Shown here piece by piece: positions 17,777 through 28,499 of a stretch of 64,000 nucleotides of DNA (positions are counted from its first letter, which is position 1; each line of letters starts with the position of its first letter). The DNA lies in assembly GCA_965237675.1 (NCBI GenBank), contig OZ250150.1:2496001-2560000 (forward strand), in the 5' to 3' direction. A program made the translations under genes and the position numbers. The notes under the pieces were generated by a model. The model had not been told where the DNA came from and made no database searches. It worked only from the letters and a program-made list of their open reading frames with translations. The DNA is from Candidatus Latescibacterota bacterium (GTDB lineage Bacteria > Latescibacterota > UBA2968 > GCA-2709665).

Positions 17777-18700
17777 CTACGCGCCGATGCTCTCCAGAGT
17801 TTTTCGTGACATCTTGCAGACCATCGTGTACGCGGGATCGTAGACGTTGCCCACGTCGTATTCCACGGCCTGGCCCATGAGGATGTGAATGGATCGGGCA
17901 TCCAGGCCGTAGTCGTCCCGGAGGAAGCGGATCAGTTCGGTGGTGGCGTGTTGGGTTGCCTGGTCGAGCGGGCGCGCGTTTCCGACGGCCATTACGTGGG
18001 TTTCGTTGATCGCCCGCGGCCAGTGGATGGTTTTGCCCTTGAAGAGGCGCAGGGTGAAGGTGACATCGAAGGAGATTTCGATCCCGGTGCCGACGATTTC
18101 GCCGTCGCCCTGCACGGCGTGGCCGTCGCCGATGTGGAACAGGCCTCCGTCGACGAAAACGGGAAAGTACACGGTAACGCCCTGGACAAATTCCTTATAG
18201 TCCATGTTGCCGCCGTGGGTGTCGGACGTGGCGGTGGAAATGGCCTGGCCTCGCGGCGGTGCCACACCGAAGCAGCCCACCATCGGTCGGAGCGGGATTC
18301 GGAGCCTTCCTATGGGAAGGTCTTCAAATCCGATGGGGGTGGCGGTGTTGTCTTCGAAGTCGATTTCCCACTCGAGGCGGTTCCGGTCGTCGTCGAATTC
18401 GGGCCTGTAACCGAGGTCCAGCACGTTGGCGGCGATAACGCCCGACGTGAAGCCGATTTTCCGATTGGGCGCCAGTTTGTCGAAGGTAACGGCCAGCGTG
18501 TCGCCGGGTTCGGCGCTTTCCACGTAGAAGGGGCCCGTCTGGGGATTGCCGCCGGGAGTGACCGGTTGGCCCGTGGCGTCACTTCCGCCTGCGTCCACGG
18601 TGGTGGTTGTGATGGTGTCGCCGCTGGCGACGTGCAGCACCGGGTCGTGCGCGCCGATGGCCGTGTGGTAGGTTTCCGGGACGAAGCGATGGTGAGCCAT
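17777..18700 (-). CDS. Acetamidase/formamidase family protein
   Basis: NPQTGPFYVESAEPGD, HGGNMD and GDGHAVQGDGE. Confidence 0.9.
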   Translation of the reverse strand: MAHHRFVPETYHTAIGAHDPVLHVASGDTITTTTVDAGGSDATGQPVTPGGNPQTGPFYVESAEPGDTLAVTFDKLAPNRKIGFTSGVIAANVLDLGYRPEFDDDRNRLEWEIDFEDNTATPIGFEDLPIGRLRIPLRPMVGCFGVAPPRGQAISTATSDTHGGNMDYKEFVQGVTVYFPVFVDGGLFHIGDGHAVQGDGEIVGTGIEISFDVTFTLRLFKGKTIHWPRAINETHVMAVGNARPLDQATQHATTELIRFLRDDYGLDARSIHILMGQAVEYDVGNVYDPAYTMVCKMSRKTLESIGA

Positions 18701-18795
18701 GGATACCCCTCTAAAGAAAGTGCGAGTGAGGTGGCGGGGCGATCGGCGGAAAAAGCCGGGACGTTCCGGCGGGACGCCCGGTTTCAGCGAAATCG

Positions 18796-19719
18796 CTAAT
18801 GTTGCACTGCAATCATCCGGAGTTCCGAGGGCGCATTCCATGCGGATGTCCAGGTGAGGCCACGATCCTGGCTACCATAAAGGGTGGCGTCCACGACCGA
18901 CCAGGCGTGGCCGTCGGGGGTGAAGGCAATCTGGAAGGTGTCGATGTTTCCCGTCGTGGTTTCGGGGAATCCGTCTGTGACGTGTGACCAGGCGCGGCCG
19001 GCGTTATCGGTCCGGTAGAGTTGCCCCTGGGCGTCCCCGTGGGGCCCGGTGCTGACCGTGGCAAGAATGCAATCCGGTTCTTCCGGGTGCACGGCAATGG
19101 CCCTGCCGTAGAAATAGGGAAAGCCCTCGGGGCGGTGTTGCCAGGATCTCCCGCGGTCGTGGCTGAGATACACGGCCCGGGCCGTGTTCGCGTAAACCCG
19201 GTCGTCTTCCCGGGGCGAGGTGGCGACCTGATGAACGTCCTGGTGCAGGTCCGGGGTGACGGGTTCCCAGGTTCCGCCCTGGTCCGGAGACCGCATGATG
19301 CTGCCCACGTGAATGTCGGCATAGACCCAGCCGTCTCCCGTGCAGGCCATGCTTCGGACGGCCGCCGGGCCACCCCAGGGGGTGTACCACTCCGGGCGAC
19401 ACTCGAGCCTGTCAAAGGACGCCAGGCGTTCGGCTCTGTCGTCCGTCACGGCGTGGATATGCGGACCTTCCACGCCCACGAGAAAACGCACCGGTTCTTC
19501 TTCCAGGATGAGCAGACACTCGATCGGGTCCTGGATGCCGGTGGTGAGGGTTCGCGAGCCGTTCCGCGTGAGTACGGCGACCTCCCCGTCTTTCAACGCC
19601 GCAAGGCCAATGGTTTGTCCTTGCGCAATCGCCTGGACGTCGCCGTTTTCCAGAACGGGTTGCGGTACGGCGCGATCTCCATTCAGCGAATACACGGTTT
19701 CCCGGGTGGCGATCAGCAT
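18796..19719 (-). CDS. BNR/Asp-box repeat beta-propeller protein
   Basis: Asp-box repeats SPDQGGTW, SHDRGRSW, TDNAGRAW and SQDRGLTW. Confidence 0.8.
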   Translation of the reverse strand: MLIATRETVYSLNGDRAVPQPVLENGDVQAIAQGQTIGLAALKDGEVAVLTRNGSRTLTTGIQDPIECLLILEEEPVRFLVGVEGPHIHAVTDDRAERLASFDRLECRPEWYTPWGGPAAVRSMACTGDGWVYADIHVGSIMRSPDQGGTWEPVTPDLHQDVHQVATSPREDDRVYANTARAVYLSHDRGRSWQHRPEGFPYFYGRAIAVHPEEPDCILATVSTGPHGDAQGQLYRTDNAGRAWSHVTDGFPETTTGNIDTFQIAFTPDGHAWSVVDATLYGSQDRGLTWTSAWNAPSELRMIAVQH

Positions 19720-19801
19720 ATCGACTCCTCTCGCGCAGCGTGTTGTCCGGCCGGATTCGGTCCCCGCCGGAATCCATTGAAGCAATAACGAGGCAGGGGC
19801 C

Positions 19802-20866
19802 TCAAAAGTAGCGGATATCCCGGCCGCCGTCCGGTAACGGCAGGTCGACCGCGCGGTGTTCCGCCGCGGCGCGATTCCACGCCAGGCACAGTTCCAGCAC
19901 GTTTCGTGCGTGCTCGGGCGTTACCTCCAGCGGATGGTCGTCGAGAGCGGTGCGGGCGAAGCGCTCGACGGCGTCGTCGATGGTATCGTTCTGCGCTCGG
20001 TAGAAAACACGGGGAGCGCCGCTGTCGTCTTTGTGCCAGATAATGCCTTCCATGGCATCCAGGTGCGCGCGGGCAATGCCGTTGGCGCCCACAACTTCCA
20101 TTTCCCAGGCCGGTGCACCGCAATTGACGTTGAAGATAATGTCCATCGAGCCCATACGGCCGTCTTCGAAACGGACGGTGCCTTTGCCCGTATCCATCCA
20201 GATGCTGTGCGGCGTGGCCAGGTTGTCGTATTCGGCATAGGCGCGGGCCGCCGGTGAATCGATGAGCCAGAGCAGCATGTCCGCGGCGTAGAAGCCCAGT
20301 GAAAGCCCGATGCCGCCCTGTCCGGGTCCGAATTCGCCGCTGCCGTCAAAGACCGTTCCGGGGCCGAAACAACCGTGTTGAATCCAGGCCCGTGTGGTGA
20401 TGACGCGCCCGACGGCCCCTTCCTGCACCCGTGTTCCCATCGCGCGGATGGCGCCGTCTTCCCGTCCGGGCATCAGGGCTGAGAGCAGGACGTTGTTGCG
20501 ACCGGCCGCGTCGATCATGGCGTCGGCGCCGGCAAGGGTCATACACATCGGTTTGCTGATGAAGACGTGGGCGCCCGCGTCCATCGCGTACACGGCCTGC
20601 TGAGGTTTCAGGTCGTCCTGGCACGTCATAAAAACCAGGTCGAGGGATTCGGCGTGAACCATCTCCGACACCGCGGAATACGCCCGGATGCCGTATTGGG
20701 CGCCAAACGCCTCCCTGGACTTCATCCCGAGCCTGCGCAATGTCTCGTCGTTCTGATCCAGATGCGCGTACGCCGCCAGTTCGATATCGCGGTTCCGTAT
20801 CGCGGATCGTGCAAACGCGTTCGAGTAGAAGGATCCGACGCCGCACACGCCCGCTTTCAGTGACAT
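19802..20866 (-). CDS. Gfo/Idh/MocA family oxidoreductase (SKP variant of the EKP motif)
   Basis: GVCGVGS Rossmann motif and AGAHVFISKPM. Confidence 0.8.
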   Translation of the reverse strand: MSLKAGVCGVGSFYSNAFARSAIRNRDIELAAYAHLDQNDETLRRLGMKSREAFGAQYGIRAYSAVSEMVHAESLDLVFMTCQDDLKPQQAVYAMDAGAHVFISKPMCMTLAGADAMIDAAGRNNVLLSALMPGREDGAIRAMGTRVQEGAVGRVITTRAWIQHGCFGPGTVFDGSGEFGPGQGGIGLSLGFYAADMLLWLIDSPAARAYAEYDNLATPHSIWMDTGKGTVRFEDGRMGSMDIIFNVNCGAPAWEMEVVGANGIARAHLDAMEGIIWHKDDSGAPRVFYRAQNDTIDDAVERFARTALDDHPLEVTPEHARNVLELCLAWNRAAAEHRAVDLPLPDGGRDIRYF

Positions 20867-21143
20867 AGTTTCCGGTTTCCTGTCAATTTCGTCCTGGAGA
20901 TGAATGGCGTCGATTCTCGGGATGGATACCCTGCGAATCCTATCTTGCGCCACGTGCCTGCGCTGGGGCTTACGCGTGGGTATTCATGGCAAAAACCGGG
21001 GCATTGTCAAGCGCAATCGTCGACGGTACAGTCAGGTTATCCGAACAACCGCCCGCCGGCGTTGCCTCGGCGGGCAGCGGATCGCAGGGATGTGGCCGGG
21101 ACTGCAGGGGATTTGCTGGAATCAAATACGAATGGGAGGCGGA

Positions 21144-22586
21144 ATGAGCCCCGGTGAAACCGGAATTCGGTTGGAAATAGGGGATGGGCCCCGGTCTCGG
21201 ACCGTCCATCCGTGGGCGATTCGGGATCTCGATAATCGCCTGTGCGAGATCCAGAAGCTGTTCTCGCGGGAACAGTCGCTCTCGCCGGAAGTCCTCGCGA
21301 CGTACAATCGCGCCTGGACGCGCAGCCATCTGCAGGATGGGGATCTCAGACAGGTGGTCGGCCTCGCGGATCGCGCGCGGGAGGAATTCGCCGCGCTGGT
21401 CACGATCGGCATTGGCGGGTCCGACCTGAGCGCCCGGGTCTTTCACGACGTGCTCAACCCCGCCTATCACAATCTCCTGTCCGCGGATGAACGAGGCGGG
21501 GCGCCGGAAGTCTACTTCGCGGGGGATACGTTCGATCCGCGACGGCTGCGGGCTCTGTTGCACATGCTGACCCGGCGCGGGATAATGGACCGCACCCTGT
21601 TCAACGTGATCAGCAAATCCGGGCGCACGGGCGAGACCATCAGTGCGTTGATGGTCGTACGGGACTGGCTGTCGCGGCACCCGCCACCGGGCGGGAATGA
21701 CTGGTGTAGCTACGTTATAGCTACAACCGGATCGGACGCCCGTAGCGCTTTGTTTGAACTGCACGGGCAACAGCGCTTCTACGGCGACGCGCTGTTGCCC
21801 GTGCCGGAGGGTGTCGGAGGCAGGTTTTCGGCGTTTTCACCGGTGGGGACGTTCTTTCTGGCGATGACAGCCGGAACGGGGACATCCCCGGGAACTCGGG
21901 TACGGGAGTTGATGGACGGGGCACGTTGGGCGGACGCGCACTGGGGCCTGCCCTGGCAGGACGAGCGAAACATCGCCTATCGCCTCGCCCGGTGGCTGCA
22001 TCTCCAGGAGCGGTGCGGTGGGAAGCAGGCGCTGGTCTTCTACAATTACGCGGACAATCACCGCCCGGGAGACTGGTTCCAGCAGCTGTACGACGAGTCG
22101 CTTCAGGAGCGCGGAGGCGGCCTCCACGTCGTTCCTGCAATCGGACCCGCGGGCAACCATTCCGTCCTGAACGGGATTGTTGGCGGTCGTTCGGACCGAG
22201 CCGTTCTGTTCGTGCACTGGCAGAACCTGGGAGCCGAGGTGGGCATTCCCGAAGGAACGGGTATCGGTGGCGAGATGGAGGCGTTCGGCGGGCTCCGGAT
22301 GAGCCAGGCGCAGTCCGCGTCGTACTTCGGCACGGCGCTGGACTTTTCCGCTCGCGGGATTCCGAACGCGACGCTGCACGTGACCCGACGGGACGAGAGG
22401 CACCTGGGCGCTCTGATGCGCGTCCTGATGGATACGGTTGCGGTGAAGGGGCGGCTGCAGGGCCTGCACGTCAACGATGCCGGGGAAGTCGATCCCGCAG
22501 GCGACCTGACGTATTCGCAGGACGGGGTGGAAGGATATAAGCGGCGAACGCGCGAACAGGCGCTTCATGTCAAATCCCAACGCTGA
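21144..22586 (+). CDS. pgi: Glucose-6-phosphate isomerase-like SIS protein (divergent)
   Basis: IGIGGSDL, ISKSGRTGET, VGGRFS, QQLYDESL and QDGVEGYK. Confidence 0.7.
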   Translation: MSPGETGIRLEIGDGPRSRTVHPWAIRDLDNRLCEIQKLFSREQSLSPEVLATYNRAWTRSHLQDGDLRQVVGLADRAREEFAALVTIGIGGSDLSARVFHDVLNPAYHNLLSADERGGAPEVYFAGDTFDPRRLRALLHMLTRRGIMDRTLFNVISKSGRTGETISALMVVRDWLSRHPPPGGNDWCSYVIATTGSDARSALFELHGQQRFYGDALLPVPEGVGGRFSAFSPVGTFFLAMTAGTGTSPGTRVRELMDGARWADAHWGLPWQDERNIAYRLARWLHLQERCGGKQALVFYNYADNHRPGDWFQQLYDESLQERGGGLHVVPAIGPAGNHSVLNGIVGGRSDRAVLFVHWQNLGAEVGIPEGTGIGGEMEAFGGLRMSQAQSASYFGTALDFSARGIPNATLHVTRRDERHLGALMRVLMDTVAVKGRLQGLHVNDAGEVDPAGDLTYSQDGVEGYKRRTREQALHVKSQR

Positions 22587-22604
22587 GCCGGCGGCGCGGA
22601 AAGG

Positions 22605-22645
22605 AAGAAGCCTTGCCGAAATGCCGGGGCCGGGCTTCTTGTTGT
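22605..22645 (+). terminator. Possible terminator hairpin after pgi
   Basis: Inverted repeat AAGAAGCC...GGCTTCTT followed by GTTGT. Confidence 0.35.
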
Positions 22646-22715
22646 GTCGCCCTTTCGATCTGATTATCTTGACGGCACACACGGGGTTTATCAAAAGGAA
22701 AAAAGGAGCGGAACA

Positions 22716-24896
22716 ATGGTGGTTGAGATCGGCGGCTTGAGGGTCGAAGAGATCCTGTACAATCTGGTCAGAGATGAGATTGCGCCGGGTACGGAAGTGG
22801 ATCCCGATACTTTCTGGACGTCGCTGGGAGAGATCGTGCGGGACCTGGGCGCCACGAATCGGGAGTTACTGAAACGGCGGGACGTTCTTCAGGAGAAGAT
22901 GGACGCCTGGTACCGGGCGCGGAAGGGCCGTCCGGCAGACCCGGAAGAGTACCGGGCGTTTTTGACGGAAATCGGCTATCTGGTACCGGAGGGGGACCAT
23001 TTTGAATTGACCACGGCCCATGTGGATCCGGAAATCGCAAGCGTGGCCGGACCTCAACTCGTGGTGCCGGTGGATAACGCCCGGTATGCGCTGAATGCGG
23101 CCAACGCGCGGTGGGGAAGCCTGTACGACGCCCTATATGGGACGGACGTGATTCCCGAGGGTCCCGGCGCCGGGAAGGGCGAAAGCTACAATCCGGCCCG
23201 GGGGGAACGGGTGATTGCCTCGGCCGAGGCGTTTCTGGACAAGGCTGCGGGTCTGGCTTCGGGTCGGTTCTCGGAGGCCACGGGTTTTGACCTGGAGGAC
23301 GTGGACGGTGTCAAGCGACTCGTTGTGACGTTGGGAGGGGGCCGCCAGACTGGCCTGGCGAATCCCGGACAGTTCCGCGGATATCGGCTGGACGACGGCG
23401 AACTGGCAGGTGTGTTGCTTGAGAACAACGGGCTGCATATCGAGATTCAGATCGACCGGAGCCATCCCGTGGGCGCCGCGCATCCGGCTGGTGTCAAGGA
23501 CGTGGTGATGGAGGCTGCGGTGACAACCATCCAGGATTGCGAGGATTCCGTTTCGGCCGTGGACGCGGAGGATAAGGCGCGTGTGTACGGGAATTGGAAC
23601 GGCATCATGCGGGGGACGCTGGAGGCGATCTTCGAGAAGGGCGGACGGGAGATGACGCGGCGGCTGAACCCGGACCGGACGTTCACGTCGCCCGATGGAG
23701 AGACCCTGACCCTGGCCGGACGCAGCCTCCTTCTGGTGCGAAACGTTGGCATTCATATGTACACCGATTCTGTGACCACCAGCGATGGGGAGGAGATTCC
23801 CGAGGGGTTTCTGGACGCGATGGTGACGGCGCTTGCGGCCAAACACGATCTGGGGCGACAGGGCGAATTCGTCAACAGCCGTGCGGCAAGCATCTATATT
23901 GTGAAGCCGAAACTGCACGGCCCGGAGGAGGTGTCGGCAACTGTCGCCCTGTTCCAGCGCGTGGAATCCGCCCTGGGACTCGAGCGAAATACAATCAAGA
24001 TCGGCATCATGGACGAAGAGCGAAGAACCACGGTGAATCTGAAGGCGGCGATCGGAGAGGCAAGAGAGCGGGTGGTGTTTATCAATACCGGCTTTCTCGA
24101 CCGCACCGGGGACGAGATCCATACGGGCATGGAAGCCGGCGCAATGTTTCCCAAGGCGGAAATCAGGGCGCAGCCCTGGCTTGCGGCGTACGAGGATTGG
24201 AACGTGGACGTGGGGGTGGAAACCGGGTTCAGCGGCCGCGGCCAGATCGGGAAGGGGATGTGGACGATGCCGGATGAGATGCGTGACATGGTGGCGACAA
24301 AGATCGGGCATCCGGAAGCGGGGGCGAGTACGGCGTGGGTGCCATCCCCCACGGCGGCGGTTCTGCACGCGATGCACTACCATCGCGTGGACGTGGCGGC
24401 GAGGCAGGCGGAACTGGCCCGGCGGGAGCGGGCGAGTCTGGAGGCGATTCTGACGCCGCCGCTGCTGGACAGGGCGTTGACGGCCGATGAGATTCAGCGC
24501 GAACTGGACAACAACGTCCAGGGGATACTGGGTTACGTGGTGCGGTGGGTCGACCAGGGTGTGGGTTGCTCGAAGGTGCCGGATATCAACGACGTGGGAC
24601 TGATGGAGGACCGGGCGACGCTGCGCATTTCCAGCCAGCATATCGCCAACTGGCTGCATCACGGGATCGTGAGCGAAGCGCAGGTGCGGGCGGCGTTCGA
24701 GAGAATGGCCGGAATGGTGGACGAGCAGAACAGCGGGGATCCGGACTATCGGAACATGGCGCCCGACTTCGAGCGAAGCGTCGCATTTCAGGCCGCGCTG
24801 GACCTGGTTTTCGAAGGCAGGGCGGAGCCGAACGGCTATACCGAACGCGTGTTGCACCTGCGGCGCAGCGAGGTCAAAAAAAGCGGTGAGAGGTAA
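22716..24896 (+). CDS. glcB: Malate synthase G
   Basis: [57 protein letters not shown] and [14 protein letters not shown]; RBS AAGGAG. Confidence 0.97.
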   Translation: MVVEIGGLRVEEILYNLVRDEIAPGTEVDPDTFWTSLGEIVRDLGATNRELLKRRDVLQEKMDAWYRARKGRPADPEEYRAFLTEIGYLVPEGDHFELTTAHVDPEIASVAGPQLVVPVDNARYALNAANARWGSLYDALYGTDVIPEGPGAGKGESYNPARGERVIASAEAFLDKAAGLASGRFSEATGFDLEDVDGVKRLVVTLGGGRQTGLANPGQFRGYRLDDGELAGVLLENNGLHIEIQIDRSHPVGAAHPAGVKDVVMEAAVTTIQDCEDSVSAVDAEDKARVYGNWNGIMRGTLEAIFEKGGREMTRRLNPDRTFTSPDGETLTLAGRSLLLVRNVGIHMYTDSVTTSDGEEIPEGFLDAMVTALAAKHDLGRQGEFVNSRAASIYIVKPKLHGPEEVSATVALFQRVESALGLERNTIKIGIMDEERRTTVNLKAAIGEARERVVFINTGFLDRTGDEIHTGMEAGAMFPKAEIRAQPWLAAYEDWNVDVGVETGFSGRGQIGKGMWTMPDEMRDMVATKIGHPEAGASTAWVPSPTAAVLHAMHYHRVDVAARQAELARRERASLEAILTPPLLDRALTADEIQRELDNNVQGILGYVVRWVDQGVGCSKVPDINDVGLMEDRATLRISSQHIANWLHHGIVSEAQVRAAFERMAGMVDEQNSGDPDYRNMAPDFERSVAFQAALDLVFEGRAEPNGYTERVLHLRRSEVKKSGER

Positions 24897-25289
24897 GAGG
24901 TGAGAGGAAAGAAGAAAAAAAGCGGTTAGTGATCAGCAACAACAGCTATCAGCGGTCAGCAATCGGCTGAAACCGGTTAGCGTTACGGCCTGGCGATATC
25001 AATTCGCGGATGCCCGGATTTTGTAGGGGCGGTTCGCGAACCGCCCGCCTTGTGGCCCTTCAAGTTTGTCCTCGGGCCCCGCGGCGTATGAGCGGCGCCG
25101 TTCTTCAAAAACCGTTAGAGGCGAGACGTGAGAAGTAAGAGGTCCACACCGCACCCCCAAACCTTATGACATCCTTTTTGTTCCCCAGCCGAATCGTTTC
25201 TCGATTCCCGTAAGCGGGAATCCGAATGTGGGAGTGTCATCCGACATAGTTACCAACCCCTTCTCACGTCTTCCCTCTTGCCTCTCACG
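24885..25289. repeat. Degenerate heptad arrays with a REP palindrome
   Basis: NGTGAGA-type blocks at 24885-24912 and 25113-25140, an inverted block at 25262-25289, an NTCAGCN block at about 24925-24968, and an ATTCCCG/CGGGAAT hairpin at about 25204. Confidence 0.7.
25023..25046 (+). repeat. GTAG-type REP element
   Basis: GTAG followed by the palindrome GGGCGGTTCGCGAACCGCCC. Confidence 0.8.
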
Positions 25290-25305
25290 GCTTAATGTTA
25301 GTCCA

Positions 25306-25333
25306 TTGACTTTTCCTCAACTAATATTAACTT
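25306..25333 (+). promoter_or_regulatory. Putative sigma70 promoter of the Mo-hydroxylase operon
   Basis: TTGACT-16 nt-TAACTT upstream of RBS AAGGAGG. Confidence 0.4.
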
Positions 25334-25394
25334 TGGAACGGGTCGTTTTGACACAGTGTCGCAGTGCGACAATCGAAAATAAGGAGGGCAGGAT

Positions 25395-27581
25395 ATGCAA
25401 GCCCCAGGCGAGTTGAAATCCGTAGGGAAACGCGTGGCCAGGCTGAACGGGCCGGATATCGTGACGGGGCGGATTCAGTATGCCGACGATATCCAGCTTC
25501 CTGGCATGTTATACGGCCGCATCCTGCGCAGCCCGCACGGTCACGCACGCATTCGGAAGATCGATACATCCGGAGCCAGGGCGCTGCCCGGGGTGGTGGA
25601 CGTGGTGTGCGGCCGAGACGTGCCGGAACTATCGATTTTCGAATCTGAAGAAGTCTGCTACCAGGGCCAGAAGGTGGCGGCGGTGGCCGCCGTGGATCCG
25701 GACATCGCCGAGGACGCTATTGCCTTGATCGAGGTGGACTACGAGGTATTGCCCGCCGTGGTGGATCCCGTGGACGCCATGGACCCGGACGCTCCGGAGG
25801 CCGTCCTGGGGGCGCCCACAAAGGATGTGCGAGATTCGGACGGGCGCAGATTGCGGAATGTGACAGCCTGCAATGTGTTGGAAGAGGGGGACGTCGACCG
25901 TGGTTTCGCGGACGCGGACGCGATCGTCGAGGCGGAGTATCAGGTACCCTTTTTCAATCAGACCTACATGGAGCCGAATGCCGCGACGGCGCGCGTGGAA
26001 GCTGACGGACGGCTTACCGTGTGGGCGGCCGGGCAGGGCACCTTCACAAAGAGGGAAGGCCTCGCGGAGGCGTTGAACCTGCCTGAGGGGCGGGTGCGGG
26101 TGATCATGACGGAAACCGGCGGCAGCTTCGGCGGGAAGAATCGGCTGAACATAGAAGCGCACGCGGCCCTGCTGGCCATGCGCACGGGCCGGCCGGTGAA
26201 GGTGACGATCAACCGCGGGGAGGATTTTCGCGACAGCCGGCCGGGGCCCGGATGCTGGGTGCGGTTGAAGACGGGGGCCCGCAAAGATGGGACGCTGACG
26301 GCCGTCGAAGGGCGGATCGTTTGGGACGGCGGGATCCTGGGCAGCGGCGGGGCGCCTAACCGGCTGCTGGGACCCTACAAGATTCCGAATGTCCGGTTGG
26401 AGGGAATGGCCGTGCGCACCAACAAACCGGGGCCGGGGGCGTACCGGGCTCCGGGAGGGCCGCAGACTGCGCTGGCCCGCGAGTCCAACCTGGATACGCT
26501 GGCACATAAGCTGGGGATCGACCCGGTAGAGATCCGGTTGAAGAACGGGTTGGGCAAGGGCGACCAGCCGCTGATACAGCACGACTGGCTGAAAGACACC
26601 GTCCGCAGAGCCGCCGAACGCGCGGGGTGGGGCCGGCGCGAACTGAAACCCAACCAGGGCATGGGAATCGCGGTGGGGGATTGGCACAACGCTTCCGGCC
26701 CGACCAACGCGTTCGTGACAATGGCCGCGGACGGATCCGTGGCCCTGGTGACCGGCCAGGTGGACATTACGGGCCTGCATACGGTGATGGCGCAGGTAGT
26801 GGCCGAGGAACTGGGTGTGCCGGTCGACAAGGTGACGGTAAGGCTGGGCGATACCGATACGGTGCCCTACGCATCCTTGAGCGCGGGAAGCAAGGCGGCC
26901 TATTCGGCGGGCACGGCCGCGCGGGAGGCGGCCCGCGAGGCCAGGGAGCAGTTGTTGCGTTTGGCCGCGGAGAAACTGGAAGCCGCCGTAGACGATCTGG
27001 TCATCGCCGATGAAAGGGTGCAGATCGTCGGTTCGCCGGAACATGCCGTCGGACTCGGCGAGTTGGCCGGCTACGCGATCGAAACCAGTGGCGCCGTAAA
27101 CGGCCGGTGCGTGCTGAGCCACGTTCCCACCTATCCCTCGTATTCGGTGAACGTCGCCACCGTGGAGGTGGATCCGGGCACGGGCCATGTGCGGCTGATC
27201 GATCTGGTGGCCGCTCAGGACGTGGGCAGGGCGCTCAACCCCATGCTGGTGGAGGGCCAGATGCAGGGCGGCGCCGTCCAGTCCATCGGTTTCGGACTGA
27301 TGGAGGGTTACCGGTATGACGAGAAGGGCCGGATGTTGAATCCCAACCTGCTGGATTACGCGATTCCGACGGCGCTGGACGTGCCGAACATCAAAACGGT
27401 GATGGTCGAAGATCCCTGCGAGCATGGGCCCTACGGGGGCAAGGGCGTGGGGGAGCCACCCATCATTCCCGGGGGCGCGGCGGTTGCCAATGCGATTTAC
27501 GATGCGGTTGGCGCCCGGGTCAGGGAACTGCCCATGACCCCGGAGCGGGTGGTGGCGGCACTATCGGCAATGGACAATTGA
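25395..27581 (+). CDS. Xanthine dehydrogenase family molybdopterin-binding (large) subunit
   Basis: ILRSPHGHARI, GGSFGGK, AYRAPG, VEGQMQGG and KGVGEPP. Confidence 0.93.
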   Translation: MQAPGELKSVGKRVARLNGPDIVTGRIQYADDIQLPGMLYGRILRSPHGHARIRKIDTSGARALPGVVDVVCGRDVPELSIFESEEVCYQGQKVAAVAAVDPDIAEDAIALIEVDYEVLPAVVDPVDAMDPDAPEAVLGAPTKDVRDSDGRRLRNVTACNVLEEGDVDRGFADADAIVEAEYQVPFFNQTYMEPNAATARVEADGRLTVWAAGQGTFTKREGLAEALNLPEGRVRVIMTETGGSFGGKNRLNIEAHAALLAMRTGRPVKVTINRGEDFRDSRPGPGCWVRLKTGARKDGTLTAVEGRIVWDGGILGSGGAPNRLLGPYKIPNVRLEGMAVRTNKPGPGAYRAPGGPQTALARESNLDTLAHKLGIDPVEIRLKNGLGKGDQPLIQHDWLKDTVRRAAERAGWGRRELKPNQGMGIAVGDWHNASGPTNAFVTMAADGSVALVTGQVDITGLHTVMAQVVAEELGVPVDKVTVRLGDTDTVPYASLSAGSKAAYSAGTAAREAAREAREQLLRLAAEKLEAAVDDLVIADERVQIVGSPEHAVGLGELAGYAIETSGAVNGRCVLSHVPTYPSYSVNVATVEVDPGTGHVRLIDLVAAQDVGRALNPMLVEGQMQGGAVQSIGFGLMEGYRYDEKGRMLNPNLLDYAIPTALDVPNIKTVMVEDPCEHGPYGGKGVGEPPIIPGGAAVANAIYDAVGARVRELPMTPERVVAALSAMDN

Positions 27582-27602
27582 TTGGCAAGGGAGGCCGCGG
27601 CT

Positions 27603-28499
27603 GTGAACAATTTCGAATATTTCGCGCCTCAGACCGTCCGGGAGGCGGTGGAGGTGCTCCAGGCACATCCGGATGCGAAGTTATTGGCCGGAGGTACCGA
27701 CCTGCTCGTTCAGATGAAGGAACGGGTGCGGACTCCCGGCGCACTTGTGGATATCAGACGGATTCCGGGTGTGAATGAACTTGGTTTTGAGAAGAAAACC
27801 GGTCTCACGGTCGGGGCGGCCGTAACGATGCGGCAGGTGGAACTGCTGCCTGCCGCGCAGGTGCATTACGCGGGTCTTGCCGAGGGCGCCCGGGTGGTGG
27901 GTTCGTTCCAGATCCGAAACCTGGCTACCATTGTGGGCAATATCTGCAACGCGGCGCCTTCAGCGGATACGGCGCCCGGTCTGATCGTCCATCGCGCGAA
28001 AGTCAGCATTGCCGGTCCGAACGGGCAGCGGGAGATGCTTGTGGAGAATTTCATGGTCGGCCCCGGTCGGACCACGCTCAAAACGGGCGACTTCGTGATA
28101 GGTATTCAGGTGCCGGTACCGCCCCCGCGGACCGGGTCGGCCTATGTCCGGCATACGCCCCGGGGCGCGATGGATATCGCGATGGTGGGGGTGGGCGCGG
28201 CCGTCACGCTGGCGCCGCGCACCCGGGTATGTCAGGAAGCCCGCATCGTACTGGGGGCCGTGGCGCCGACGCCCCTTCGCGCGAGGGCCGCCGAGAGGAT
28301 GCTTAAGGGACAGCGCCTGACCGACGGGTTGATCGCGGAGGCTGCAGAGGTGGCAGCGGCCGAGGCAAGGCCGATCAGCGACGTTCGCGGCTCGGCGGAG
28401 TTCAGACGGGAGATGGTGCGGGTGCTGGCCGGGCGGATGGTGGCGGCGGCGTTCGGGAATGCGCAGCACCGGTCGGGATCGAAACGGAGGGCGGCATGA
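27603..28499 (+). CDS. Xanthine dehydrogenase family FAD-binding (medium) subunit
   Basis: LAGGTDL, QIRNLATIVGNICNAAPSAD and PISDVRGS; GTG start after AGGGAGG. Confidence 0.93.
   Translation: MNNFEYFAPQTVREAVEVLQAHPDAKLLAGGTDLLVQMKERVRTPGALVDIRRIPGVNELGFEKKTGLTVGAAVTMRQVELLPAAQVHYAGLAEGARVVGSFQIRNLATIVGNICNAAPSADTAPGLIVHRAKVSIAGPNGQREMLVENFMVGPGRTTLKTGDFVIGIQVPVPPPRTGSAYVRHTPRGAMDIAMVGVGAAVTLAPRTRVCQEARIVLGAVAPTPLRARAAERMLKGQRLTDGLIAEAAEVAAAEARPISDVRGSAEFRREMVRVLAGRMVAAAFGNAQHRSGSKRRAA

Noticed and set aside
24885-25289. CRISPR array
   Set aside because: The units are 7 nt and degenerate, with no spacers and no cas genes.
23133-27425. 574 aa and 598 aa minus-strand ORFs
   Set aside because: They mirror glcB and the Mo-hydroxylase large subunit; typical high-GC antisense frames.
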